In this document: piece by piece, positions 1 to 9,628 of the stretch
Layout: every line of letters begins with the position of its first letter
Numbering within the stretch: the first letter of the stretch is position 1
NCBI GenBank assembly: GCA_034519945.1
Contig: JAXHNX010000024.1
Span: forward strand, 22,520-86,519
Length of the DNA: 64,000 nucleotides
Direction of reading: 5' to 3'
Origin: Rheinheimera sp.
Lineage (GTDB): Bacteria; Pseudomonadota; Gammaproteobacteria; Enterobacterales; Alteromonadaceae
The notes under the pieces: generated by a model
Seen by the model: the letters and a program-made list of their open reading frames with translations, nothing else
Told to the model about the DNA's origin: nothing
Database searches by the model: none
Made by a program: the position numbers and the translations under genes

Positions 1-1493
1 CGATCAAGGTGGCTTCAGCGGTCCACTGACGGATCACATCCATTAATGCGGCTTTACTCGGCTCGTCAATATTGGCCAGAGGTTCGTCCAATAAATATAA
101 CGAGGCAGGTTTGAGCAAACAAATCGCAATCTGACAGCGTTTTTTCTGGCCTTCTGACAATTGGTGCGGCGGCAAATCCAAACAAGGTTCCAGTTCAAGT
201 GCTTGTACCAACAGGTCAACCCGCTCTGGGCTGGTCAATAACGCTAAATTCTGCCGCAACGTGCCGGGTAACAGGCCAAAAGGATATAATAATGCACATC
301 GATGTCCCAGCGTCCCCTGGCTTTAATAATGATCCGGTATCAGGCTGTAAATAACCGGTCAATAAGTGCGCCAGAGTGCTTTTCCCACAACCATTACCGC
401 CACTCAGTAACACTTTCTCACCCGGGCGAATATGCAACGACAATTGTGCCAGCACGGGTTGCTGTTGATAGGCAAAACTAAGCTGATTGGCGATCACATG
501 TTGATCATTGGCGGCATCTGCTGGCGGAAGTTGTTCGGCTTCGGCCCGGAACGCTGCCAATCGGTCGAGCTGTGCATTCAGGCTGGCCAGTTGCGGTACT
601 AACCCAGACAACCGTTGGACGGCTTGCACTATTAAACCAAAGGCGCGGGTCAGAGCGAACATTGACCCCATAGTGATCAATCCCATGATGACCTGAAAGC
701 CTGCCACCACCAGCACTGCGAGCTCCGCATAAGATAAAAATACGCTGCTGATAGCGCTATACCGAGCGGCAAAGCGGGTGTGGCTAAAATCGGCGGCCAA
801 CGGATGCTGTAATTCTTGTTTCACCTGCGTGGCCGCTTGCCCTTGCAAACTAAACTGCCGCACATGCTTATAGCTATCAATAATGGTTGATAACACAGAG
901 CGGAAACTGGCTTCGGTTTCCTGAAAGCGGCGGGTGCTTTGGGCAATGCGACCACTATAGCGTTCAGATAACAGGATCAGCACTGGGACAATAATCATCA
1001 GTGCCAGCGTGATTTGCCAGCTCAACCAGGCCGCAACACTAATGCCGACCACACAAATCAGCAATCCGGTCACGGCGCCATCAACACAATCAATCACTGA
1101 GCTCAGTTGTTTTGGTTCATCGTGCAAGCGGCCAATATAATAACCCCGGCCAAGCTGGCTAATTTGTTGATAACGATGGCGATAATATAAAACCGATAAT
1201 TCGGCCGTCAGTTGTAACTGTAACTGGTTACGAATTTTCTTCCGGAGTAGCGTCACTTTGTACATCAAAACCCGCCCTAGGGTGGCAATTAAGGTCACGC
1301 CCAGCCCTAGCCATAAAAACAGCTGTAAATCGGCTTTGGTAATGGCATCAATTAAGTATTTCAGTGCCAGCGGATCAAGGGCAGTAAACATCACGGCCTG
1401 CAGGGCATTTAATACCAACAATAAGGCGATGGCGCCTTTTTGCGGTTTGAGCATGCTGGCGATCTGACGCAGATTGGCGCGGCTGATTAACAT
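1..1493 (-). CDS. ABC exporter (TM + ATPase) of the lanthipeptide cluster; runs off the left edge, apparent frameshift near 220-300
   Basis: Multi-TM N-terminus and Walker A GGNGCGKST. After a frame change the reverse strand of 1-215 reads ...LSEGQKKRCQIAICLLKPASLYLLDEPLANID (signature and Walker B). ATG at 1493 has a GGAGG RBS and overlaps the lanKC end. No N-terminal C39 peptidase domain is visible. Confidence 0.88.
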
Positions 1494-4181
1494 ACAACCT
1501 CCGTTGACAGTGTGCCGTTGTGCGAAGGTTGTGTTAAATCCATCAACCATCTGGGGCCACCAGACAACACCCGATGTAACATGAGGGCAACACCAGATGA
1601 ACCAAAAGCAAAATCAGCTGACAGGCGGATCATCATCCGTCCGGGATAAATCAGACCCACTTGGCGTGGTACCGCGAATAACGAGACCCGATAAGCCAAA
1701 TCCAAAGCTTGCTGCTGATACAACGTCTGCCCGGTGATCTGATACATATCGGTATAAAATTCAATAATCCCGGCCATGCCGGAGCAACTACCCTGTAAAC
1801 CGGCATAACGGGAATAAGACGCCAACGCAATGGCTTCGGCCTGTTGCAAGTAATCCGCCCGGCCAGTTGCCTGGTAATATCGAATCACCACCGCACCGAC
1901 GCCACTGGAACCCGACTGCCAGTACGGCAAAATTTGTTTACTGGTCGAAAATTCGCCCCATTGGTACTGACCATCTGGTTGCAGGCCACATTGCAGATCG
2001 TAAGCTAACAACGCTTCGCCAAATTCCAGCATCGCTTGTTGTTTTGTCACCTGATACAGCTGTAAGAAAAACAGCGCAATGCCACTATTGCCATGGCCAA
2101 AACCAACCCGAATTTTGCCATCAGCCAATGGATAGCACAGACCTTCCGGGTGATGGGTGACTTGCTCGCGCAGCCGCTGCGCCAGCTCAAATGCCGCCTG
2201 CAGATACTTTACTTCCTGACTGTGCTGATACACCGCTAACAACATAAAACCAATGCCGGCCATACCATGGGCAAAATCTAGCTGGCTGTAAAGCTGAGCG
2301 GAATTGAGCGTCAGATCAGCAAAATGCAGCGCGCGGTCGATGTTGCCAAGTTCAAGCTCCGCCAATGCCATGCCGGCCGAACCTTGGAATAAGCCCGGTA
2401 ATTCCGGTTGTTTGGCGCTTGCTGTGATTAATGTCTGGTGCAGATGCTGTGGCACTTGTTGGCAAAGCCGTTGCACCATCACCGCAGGGCCATAATAGCC
2501 ATAGACCAGCGACAGCGGATGCGCACTGTAAGCGGCATAGTCGATCGGAATAAAATGGTTGTCTTGGGCTAACGGTAAACCCTGCTGGACAAGTTCTGCC
2601 AAGCCAGTGCGCACCAGCGCTAATTGTTCGGCATAGCCTGAAGTGCTGGTGACTGGCCATTGCCGGATTTGCTGCGCGGTTTTTTCAGCCAGTGCCGGCT
2701 GCGCTTCTGCGTCAAGCTGGTCGAGTAACTTTAAAGCTTTGCCCGGCTGATGACGGGTTAACGCTGTGATGATTTCGCCCACAAAAGGATGGAGTGCGCA
2801 GTCGCTGATCAGCTGGTTCAGCAGGCAATCGCGTAGATGTGGTGCGGTGTCAAAGGCTTGTTGCACGGGGAGCAAAGTGCTGTACAGCACCATTCCAAGG
2901 GCATACCAGTCGGCTGCGTAGCAGGCGCCTTTTTTCATAAAGCTTTGACTGTCGCTAAATCCTGGAGTGGTTAACACCGCAGCGTCTTGCACCTGTTGCT
3001 TATTAAAAATGTAAGCACCTTCAAAATCGATAAAGCTGATTTGGCGACGCGCCACATCCACCATAATGTTGTTGGGCGAGATATCTGCTAGCACCACGCC
3101 ACGCCGATGGGCGGCCTGCACCGCAGCAATACATTCACGGGCGAGCCAGAGAAAATGGCTATGATATCGTTCTGCTGCGGCTGTCGTGCCAGCAAAAGGG
3201 ACTAGGGTCATTTCACTGCGAGCCCGGAACGTGCGTAGTGGCTCGCCACTGACCAGCGACTCGACCAGATAACTATGTTCCCACTCGGTAAACCAGGCCA
3301 CCGGCTGCGGGAAAAAGCGACTGCCAGCCAACCGCTCTAGGATTTTGTATTCACAATGCAGCACCTGATCGGCAAAAATTTCCTGATTGTTGCGCGAATA
3401 AAACTGCACAAAAGGTCGGGCTTCTTTGACCACGACCTGTTGTTGTGTCTGTAAATCCACTGCCTTATAAACGCCGCCACTATTGGAAAAAGACAGCGCC
3501 TGCGCCACCTGGAATCTTTGATTCAATACCGGAATATCCTGATTTTTCAGCTGTAAATCCGGAAAAGGTTCAGCCACCCAATCCGGCAAACTGTAATAAG
3601 GCGTGCGGATATCCGGCACCAACTCACCATCGGGCTTACGAATGCAGGCTTGTGGTTTGCCTTTGTCGTCCAAACGTTGGATCAGCTTAAAACCACCATA
3701 GCGGTAATGCAGTACTTTGCTATCACGGTAGCGCCGATCGGACAGAATGTAGGGACCTTGCAGACCTGCTGTGGCTTGATGCAGTTCGGCCATTAACTCC
3801 ACAAACTCGGCTTCTGAACGGGGGATAAATGGTCACGAACTTACCCGCAGCGCCACGACTGACCGATTTTGAAGCCATATGGGTAGCCAGATCGTAGCGG
3901 CTGATCACTTTAAAAGCACATTGCCTGGCGATACAAAGGGGTAACGCCGCGCGTAATAGCTGAATCATGTCGGCACGGGTGGTAGATAAATGGATTTTAA
4001 AACCCTGCTCTGGCGTTTGATCCTCTGCCGGTGCAGCACCCAACCAGATGTTATAGGGAACCAATTGCCAGTCTGCAGGCAGTAGTTCAGTCAGCACCTG
4101 CGCGATGGCTTTACTTGCGCCCAAAGTAGAGGGTGGTAAAAAGTAGTCATTGTTGGCAAAGGTATAAAGCATATCGCTCAT
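1487..4181 (-). CDS. lanKC: Class III lanthipeptide synthetase LanKC (lyase-kinase-cyclase), about 897 aa, split by one extra base
   Basis: Lyase motifs GFKIHLS, GKFVTIYP, GPYILSDRRY and HYRYGGF; kinase motifs FSNSGGVY, VVVKEARP, DISPNN and IDFE; LanC-like C-terminus (GHGNSG, PYWQSGSSG, RLSADFAFGSSG) without canonical WCxG/CHG Zn motifs. Removing one base of the G5 run at 3820-3824 joins ORFs 3723..4181 and 1487..3802 (IYPRSEAEFVELMAEL). Confidence 0.93.
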
Positions 4182-4338
4182 AATAGGTTCTCCGGTGTGC
4201 GATGAGGTCTGCTGTCGTACGGCAAAATGGGTTCACTGACAGCCATCTTGACAATACAGACCGCTATATTGTCGACATGGCGCCACTATGTGTATTCAGG
4301 CGCAGTAGATGCGCAGGTTGTTCAGGGTTGTCGCTATT

Positions 4339-4440
4339 TCAGAGCTCGGATCTTCGACATAAGCTGCTAAGTACGCTGAATATTTCACTGTCGTCAGTGT
4401 CGGTTAAACCAGGAAGTTGCTGCAGATGTAACACGGCCAT
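4339..4440 (-). CDS. lanA: Divergent lanthipeptide precursor, 33 aa: MAVLHLQQLPGLTDTDDSEIFSVLSSLCRRSEL
   Basis: AAGGAG RBS, VLHLQ leader motif, acidic spacer and SVLSSLC (SxxSxxC) core; nearest precursor to lanKC. Confidence 0.82.
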   Translation of the reverse strand: MAVLHLQQLPGLTDTDDSEIFSVLSSLCRRSEL

Positions 4441-4467
4441 AAATAAGCTCCTTGTTGCTATTTTGGG

Positions 4468-4577
4468 GAGTGGCTGCATCAGCCAATGGACTGATGCGGC
4501 CGACCTTGCCGGCTCCGGTGCCAGGTGAAGCCCGCAATGCGGGTCACCGGCAACCTGGCCCTTGGTGGCGATCACTC
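4468..4577 (-). promoter_or_regulatory. Multi-hairpin intergenic structure after the precursor array
   Basis: Stems ggctgcatcag/ctgatgcggcc (4472-4501), ggtga-cccgca/tgcggg-tcacc (4524-4548) and ttgccgg/ccggcaa (4506-4553). Confidence 0.5.
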
Positions 4578-4580
4578 TGC

Positions 4581-4691
4581 CTATTGAGCATTTCCTGCCA
4601 AAGTGCGGCACACACCACTTAAAGTTGACCAGCTTTGCAGGTCGTCCGCGTTGTCTTCAAACACGATGTTTTGTAAGTTCAGTACGTTCAT
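4581..4691 (-). CDS. lanA: Lanthipeptide precursor copy 4, 36 aa: MNVLNLQNIVFEDNADDLQSWSTLSGVCRTLAGNAQ
   Basis: Hand translation; AAGGAG RBS, VLNLQ leader and STLSGVC motif. The 3' codons are synonymously diverged from the other copies. Confidence 0.92.
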   Translation of the reverse strand: MNVLNLQNIVFEDNADDLQSWSTLSGVCRTLAGNAQ

Positions 4692-4707
4692 TTAATTGCT
4701 CCTTGAA

Positions 4708-4821
4708 TTAAGCTTGTGCATTGCCAGCGAGGGTGCGGCAAACGCCACTTAAAGTTGACCAGCTTTGCAGGTCGTCCGCGTTGTCTTCAAATACGATGTT
4801 TTGTAAGTTCAGTACGTTCAT
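4708..4821 (-). CDS. lanA: Lanthipeptide precursor copy 3, 37 aa: MNVLNLQNIVFEDNADDLQSWSTLSGVCRTLAGNAQA
   Basis: Hand translation; AAGGAG RBS; one unit of the 130-bp repeat. Confidence 0.92.
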   Translation of the reverse strand: MNVLNLQNIVFEDNADDLQSWSTLSGVCRTLAGNAQA

Positions 4822-4837
4822 TAAAGTGCTCCTTGAA

Positions 4838-4951
4838 TTAAGCTTGTGCATTGCCAGCGAGGGTGCGGCAAACGCCACTTAAAGTTGACCAGCTTTGCAG
4901 GTCGTCCGCGTTGTCTTCAAACACGATGTTTTGTAAGTTCAGTACGTTCAT
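4838..4951 (-). CDS. lanA: Lanthipeptide precursor copy 2, 37 aa (same peptide as copy 3)
   Basis: Hand translation; AAGGAG RBS; one unit of the 130-bp repeat. Confidence 0.92.
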   Translation of the reverse strand: MNVLNLQNIVFEDNADDLQSWSTLSGVCRTLAGNAQA

Positions 4952-4967
4952 TTAAGAGCTCCTTGAA

Positions 4968-5081
4968 TTAAGCTTGTGCATTGCCAGCGAGGGTGCGGCA
5001 AACGCCACTTAAAGTTGACCAGCTTTGCAGGTCATCTTGGTTGTCTTCGAATACGATGTTTTGTAAGTTCAGTACGTTCAT
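4968..5081 (-). CDS. lanA: Lanthipeptide precursor copy 1, 37 aa: MNVLNLQNIVFEDNQDDLQSWSTLSGVCRTLAGNAQA
   Basis: Hand translation; TAAGGA RBS; Q instead of A at leader position 15, core identical. Confidence 0.92.
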   Translation of the reverse strand: MNVLNLQNIVFEDNQDDLQSWSTLSGVCRTLAGNAQA

Positions 5082-5362
5082 GGGTGATTCCTTATTTAGG
5101 TTTAGTTGTTGCATTCATCTGTTTGGTGACTGTGTTTGCAGTTCACGTAGCCAATATATGCGCAGGAACAAAACCACATAACTGCTAGTTCTGACAGGTT
5201 TGCTCTAACAGGTCGGCCAGCGGTTGACAGGTCAAAGCAAGCTCAACTGTGGGGCGATGGGTGATATGTTCAGTCGCAACTCAACGAAAATTGCTGGCAT
5301 CAATCAGGTGTTTTCTGTTATCAAGGTTATGAAAAGGTAACTTTTTCTTGGAGGGATGTAAG

Positions 5363-6598
5363 ATGCGCTGGAATAAGCAACCATATGTGCTACGAAGCAC
5401 GCAGAAAGTGAGGCGACAGGGCACAAAACTGCTTTGTTATATGATGATGGCCGCAGTCGTGTTCGTCGCAGGTTGTGCTCAACGTTCAGCACCACCTTCC
5501 CCGCAATTACAATTTCCACAGACCAGTGAACATTGGTTTGGTACTATCGAAAGCCAATCACCAGTAAAATTCCCAACCACCGCTGATTTTTACCGCCTCA
5601 CGCCGGCGCAGCAACAGTATTTCTTGGACTTTTTTAATGCTCCGGCGCAACAAAATTTATTACCCCATCAGCGGATATTTCGATATCTGGAACATAACCT
5701 GGTGAATTTTAACTATGAAGGCAAAAACACCTTAGCCAGTGAGACGATGGCCAGTATGTCCGGTAATTGTATTTCACTGGCATTACTGGTCACTGCATTA
5801 GCGCAGCTGGTCGAGGTCGAAGTGGGCTATCGGGCTAGTTATGCCGAACCGGTGTTAGATTTTTCCGCCAATATCGTGCTGAGTTCGGCGCATGTGCGCA
5901 GTTATTTATTCGAAAAGCGGGCTGAAGAGCCCAAGGATATGATTCTGTGGCAACGTGCCGCCATTACGGTGGATTATTTTCCAGGACGATTAGATCGCCT
6001 CGGTTCGATGCTCAAAAACAATCATTTTGAAGCGATGATTTACAACAACCTGGCCGCAGATGCATTTTTGGCGGGCGATCTAGATGGAGCGTATTGGTTA
6101 AGTCGCCAGGCGCTGAATCGTGATCCGAGCTACAGCCCAAGTATCAATTTGATTGCCATCCTGTATCGGCATAAAGGCGATTTACTGGCTTCGCAGCAGT
6201 GGTATGAGTTTGGGATGCGCCATTCTAATCAGCCGGTGACTTTGGTCAGTAACTATTTGGTGCTGGCGGAGCAAATGAACGATCAGCCATTAATCCAAAG
6301 GTTAAATAAACATTTAATGTCGATTGATGAAGAGAATCCATATGTTTGGTTCTATTTGGCTTATCAAGCAGAACGAGAGCAAGACGCCACTCACGCTGTG
6401 TATTATTACGAAAAATTGCTCCAAAAAGCCCCCTATTTACATAAAGCCAATCTGGCACTAGCCAAGTTACAGTTCCAACTTGGCAAACCAGAGTTGGCCA
6501 GAAGCGCCTTACATGAAGCCTTGCAATACAGTTATGACCCGGCTAACCGCCAAATGTATCAGGCAAAATTACAGGCGCTGGAGCAAAGTATTGAGTGA
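5363..6598 (+). CDS. TPR-repeat lipoprotein with a transglutaminase-like N-terminal domain
   Basis: Lipobox VAGC, GNCISLA motif followed by His/Asp candidates (SAHVR, VDYF), C-terminal TPR-like repeats. Confidence 0.7.
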   Translation: MRWNKQPYVLRSTQKVRRQGTKLLCYMMMAAVVFVAGCAQRSAPPSPQLQFPQTSEHWFGTIESQSPVKFPTTADFYRLTPAQQQYFLDFFNAPAQQNLLPHQRIFRYLEHNLVNFNYEGKNTLASETMASMSGNCISLALLVTALAQLVEVEVGYRASYAEPVLDFSANIVLSSAHVRSYLFEKRAEEPKDMILWQRAAITVDYFPGRLDRLGSMLKNNHFEAMIYNNLAADAFLAGDLDGAYWLSRQALNRDPSYSPSINLIAILYRHKGDLLASQQWYEFGMRHSNQPVTLVSNYLVLAEQMNDQPLIQRLNKHLMSIDEENPYVWFYLAYQAEREQDATHAVYYYEKLLQKAPYLHKANLALAKLQFQLGKPELARSALHEALQYSYDPANRQMYQAKLQALEQSIE

Positions 6599-7022
6599 AT
6601 TGGTAGGCAACAGCGCACAAGAACAACGCCACATCGTGATTTATGATGGCGATTGTCGTTTTTGCCATGGAGCGGTCCATTTCATTATCCAACGTGATCC
6701 CGCCGAGCTTTTTGTATTTACGCCGATGCAAACAGATGTTGCCAAGGCATTACTTGCGCAGCACCAAATCCACACTATGGGTGTCGACAGTTTGGTGCTG
6801 ATCAAGCATGGTCAATGCCTGATTAATTCTACTGCGGCGCTGGAGATTGCCAAAGATTTGACTGGCTTTTGGTATTTATTTGGGCTCTTTCGCTGGGTTC
6901 CAGTCAATATTCGCGATGACTGTTACCAACTGTTTGCCCGAAATCGCTACAGGCTATTCGGGCGTCGGGACAATTGTCTGCTGCCCGATGAACAGTTAAA
7001 GGACCGTTTTTTAGGGTTGTAA
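6591..7022 (+). CDS. DCC-family thiol-disulfide oxidoreductase (DUF393/YuxK-like)
   Basis: IVIYDGDCRFC motif and C-terminal ARNRYRLFGR. Confidence 0.88.
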   Translation: MSELVGNSAQEQRHIVIYDGDCRFCHGAVHFIIQRDPAELFVFTPMQTDVAKALLAQHQIHTMGVDSLVLIKHGQCLINSTAALEIAKDLTGFWYLFGLFRWVPVNIRDDCYQLFARNRYRLFGRRDNCLLPDEQLKDRFLGL

Positions 7023-7057
7023 TTTTGCGGCCGGTTTGGCTTAAGTTGCCAATAGCA

Positions 7058-7797
7058 TTAAATCCCCTCACCATCCACATGCAAACCACATTCGCGGCCC
7101 ATGCCGTTAAAGCGAGTTTCTTCTTCGGTCATGCCTAGCTCCAGCGGGCGGCTGGAGTGGGTGTCGCCGACGGAGACGTACCCCTGCTCCCACAGTGGAT
7201 GATAAGGTAAGTTGTTGTCTTGCAAGTAATAGTGAATGTCTTTGTTGCTCCACTCAACGATAGGGCAGAACTTCACCACATCCCGTTGCACGCTGACAAT
7301 TTGCGTATCGGCGCGGGTCGAACTTTGGCTGCGGCGCAGGCCGCTAAACCAGCTTTGCACACCTAGTTCATGTTGCGCCCGAACCATCGGTTCAACTTTA
7401 TTCAGCTGATTGTATTGCTTTAAGCCTTCAGCGCTGGTCCAAAGCTGGCCAAAACGCGCTTCTTGCCAGGCTGGGCTTAAGTGACTGCGATAAACTTGCA
7501 AATTCAGCTGCAGCTTTTCGGTCAGCTCGTCAATAAAACGATAAGTTTCCGGAAATAAATACCCCGTATCAGTGAGCACCACCGGAATATCGGCTTTGAC
7601 GCGGGAGCATAAATGCAACATCACCGCCGCCTGAATGCCAAAGCTGGAGCTCAGCATATGGTTGCCCGGCAGTTCTTTGAGCGCAAATTCAACCCTTTGC
7701 TGCGCAGTTAACGGCTTAAGCCTTTGATTTAATTCGGCCAGCCACGCTTGTTGGGTGGCGCCGTCAACCGCTGTAATAACTGCTGATATTGACTCAT
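7058..7797 (-). CDS. cysH: Phosphoadenylyl-sulfate (PAPS) reductase; apparent frameshift near 7770
   Basis: [23 protein letters not shown] and C-terminal RECGLH; follows cysI. The ATG at 7797 is out of frame by one base. Confidence 0.93.
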
Positions 7798-7909
7798 TTT
7801 ACCTCTACTGCTGGCACTCACCGCGAACCAAGGCGGTGGCGCTTCGCATACCGTAACTATGAACGACTCCGTGGTACGGCAACTGCCATCCCGTTACCCG
7901 TCACAACCG

Positions 7910-9628
7910 TTAGGCGTGAAAATCGGTTTTGCTGACTTTCACTTCGGCCACCACGCCAACCCGAATGACAAAATCACCAAAACATTCACCAGCATTGCGC
8001 TCCGTCGACCAGCGGCCGATCAGCGTATCCAGTGCAGCCAGAATCTCGGCTTCGGCCACGTTATCCAAATACAGTTTTGGAATGCGGGTACCGGCGGTGT
8101 TGCCGCCTAAATACAGGTTGTATTTGCCAGGACCGCGGCCAACTAAACCAGCCTCAGCTAGCATGGCGCGACCACAACCGTTTGGACAACCAACCACACG
8201 CAGAATGATGTGATCATCTGCCACGCCATGTTTAGCCAGAATGCCTTCCACATGGGTGACTAACGTCGGCAAATACCGCTCGGCTTCCGCCATGGCCAAC
8301 GGACAAGTCGGCAATGACACACAAGCCATCGAGTTTTTGCGCTGCTCGGTCACCGTGTCTTCAATCAGACCATGGGCGCGGGCAATGGCTTCAATCTGTG
8401 CTTTATCTTCGACGGCAACCCCGGCGATGATCAGGTTTTGGTTGGCCGTCATCCGGAAATCGCCTTTATGGATTTTGGCAATCTCAGACACGCCAGTTTT
8501 CATTGGTTTGCCCGGATAATCCAGTAAGCGGCCGTTTTCGATAAACAGCGTTAAATGGTGTTTGCCATCAATGCCTTCGACCCAACCAAAACGATCGCCA
8601 CGATGGGTGAAGGTATAAGGACGGCTTGGTTGAAACTTCACACCAACGCGCGATTCCACTTCCTGCTTAAAGGTGTCGACGCCAATGCGGTCGATGGTGT
8701 ATTTGGTTTTGGCGTTTTTGCGGTTGACCCGGTCACCATAATCACGTTGCACAGTCACCACATGTTCGGCGACTTTCAGCACATGTTCGAGGCCGATAAA
8801 CCCAAAGTCTTCAGCGCGGCGCGGATAAGTGCCTTTATCGCCGTGGGTCATCGCCAAACCGCCACCAACCAGTACGTTAAAACCGACTAACTGACCATTT
8901 TCGGCAATGGCGACAAAGTTCAAGTCGTTGGCATGCACGTCAATGTCGTTGTGCGGCGGGATCACCACCGTGGTTTTGAACTTACGCGGCAAATAGGTAT
9001 CGCCCAGTACCGGCTCAGTCTCAGTGGTTTCAACTTTCTCTTCATCCAGCCAAATCTCGGCATAAGCGCGGGTTTTTGGCAGCAGATGCTCAGAAATTTT
9101 CACAGCCCATTCATAGGCTTGCTGGTGCAGCACCGATTCCACCGGGTTCGAAGTACACAGCACGTTGCGGTTGACATCACCAGCCGTGGCAATCGAATCG
9201 ATACCAATGCTGTTCAGCATCTGGTGCATCGGCTTAATGTTTGGTTTAAACACGCCGTGGAACTGGAAGGTCTGACGGGTGGTTAAGCGAATACTGCCAT
9301 ACAGGGTTTTTTCGCTGGCGAATTTGTCGATGGCTAACCACTGCTCTGGCTTGATAATACCGCCAGGCATCCGCGCCCGTAACATCACATTGTGCAGCGG
9401 CTCTAGTTTTTGCTCGGCACGCTCGGCGCGAATATCGCGGTCATCTTGCTGATACATGCCGTGAAAACGCACCATTAAGTAGTTATCACCGGTGAAACCA
9501 CCGGTAATTTCATCTTTTAAGTCTGTGGTGATGGTGCCGCGTAAATGATGGCTTTCGGCTTTTAACCGTTCGTTATCAGACAGCGCGCCCTGCACTTGCA
9601 GTTCAGGGTTGATTGGATATTGGCTCAT
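7910..9628 (-). CDS. cysI: Sulfite reductase hemoprotein subunit
   Basis: [29 protein letters not shown] and GCPNGCGR siroheme/Fe-S motifs. Confidence 0.98.
   Translation of the reverse strand: MSQYPINPELQVQGALSDNERLKAESHHLRGTITTDLKDEITGGFTGDNYLMVRFHGMYQQDDRDIRAERAEQKLEPLHNVMLRARMPGGIIKPEQWLAIDKFASEKTLYGSIRLTTRQTFQFHGVFKPNIKPMHQMLNSIGIDSIATAGDVNRNVLCTSNPVESVLHQQAYEWAVKISEHLLPKTRAYAEIWLDEEKVETTETEPVLGDTYLPRKFKTTVVIPPHNDIDVHANDLNFVAIAENGQLVGFNVLVGGGLAMTHGDKGTYPRRAEDFGFIGLEHVLKVAEHVVTVQRDYGDRVNRKNAKTKYTIDRIGVDTFKQEVESRVGVKFQPSRPYTFTHRGDRFGWVEGIDGKHHLTLFIENGRLLDYPGKPMKTGVSEIAKIHKGDFRMTANQNLIIAGVAVEDKAQIEAIARAHGLIEDTVTEQRKNSMACVSLPTCPLAMAEAERYLPTLVTHVEGILAKHGVADDHIILRVVGCPNGCGRAMLAEAGLVGRGPGKYNLYLGGNTAGTRIPKLYLDNVAEAEILAALDTLIGRWSTERNAGECFGDFVIRVGVVAEVKVSKTDFHA

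Larger units (their letters stand above)
4581..5081. repeat. Tandem repeat, about 4 x 130 bp, each unit one precursor gene plus RBS
   Basis: ATG codons fall at 5081, 4951, 4821 and 4691, an exact 130-bp period. Confidence 0.97.

Noticed and set aside
1487-4181. Class IV (LanL) assignment, or a genuine two-gene split synthetase
   Set aside because: The cyclase lacks the canonical Cys/Cys/His Zn motifs, and the split is explained by one base in a homopolymer.
4178-4246. 22-aa ORF MAVSEPILPYDSRPHRTPENLL overlapping the lanKC start
   Set aside because: No RBS, no LxLQ leader and no Cys, so there is no support for a sixth precursor.
4581-5081. CRISPR array or noncoding repeat interpretation of the 130-bp repeats
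   Set aside because: There are no unique spacers and no cas genes, and each unit is an ORF with an RBS.
5363-7022. TPR/transglutaminase-like lipoprotein and DCC protein as lanthipeptide tailoring genes
   Set aside because: They are divergently transcribed, belong to generic families, and nothing in the sequence links them to the cluster.
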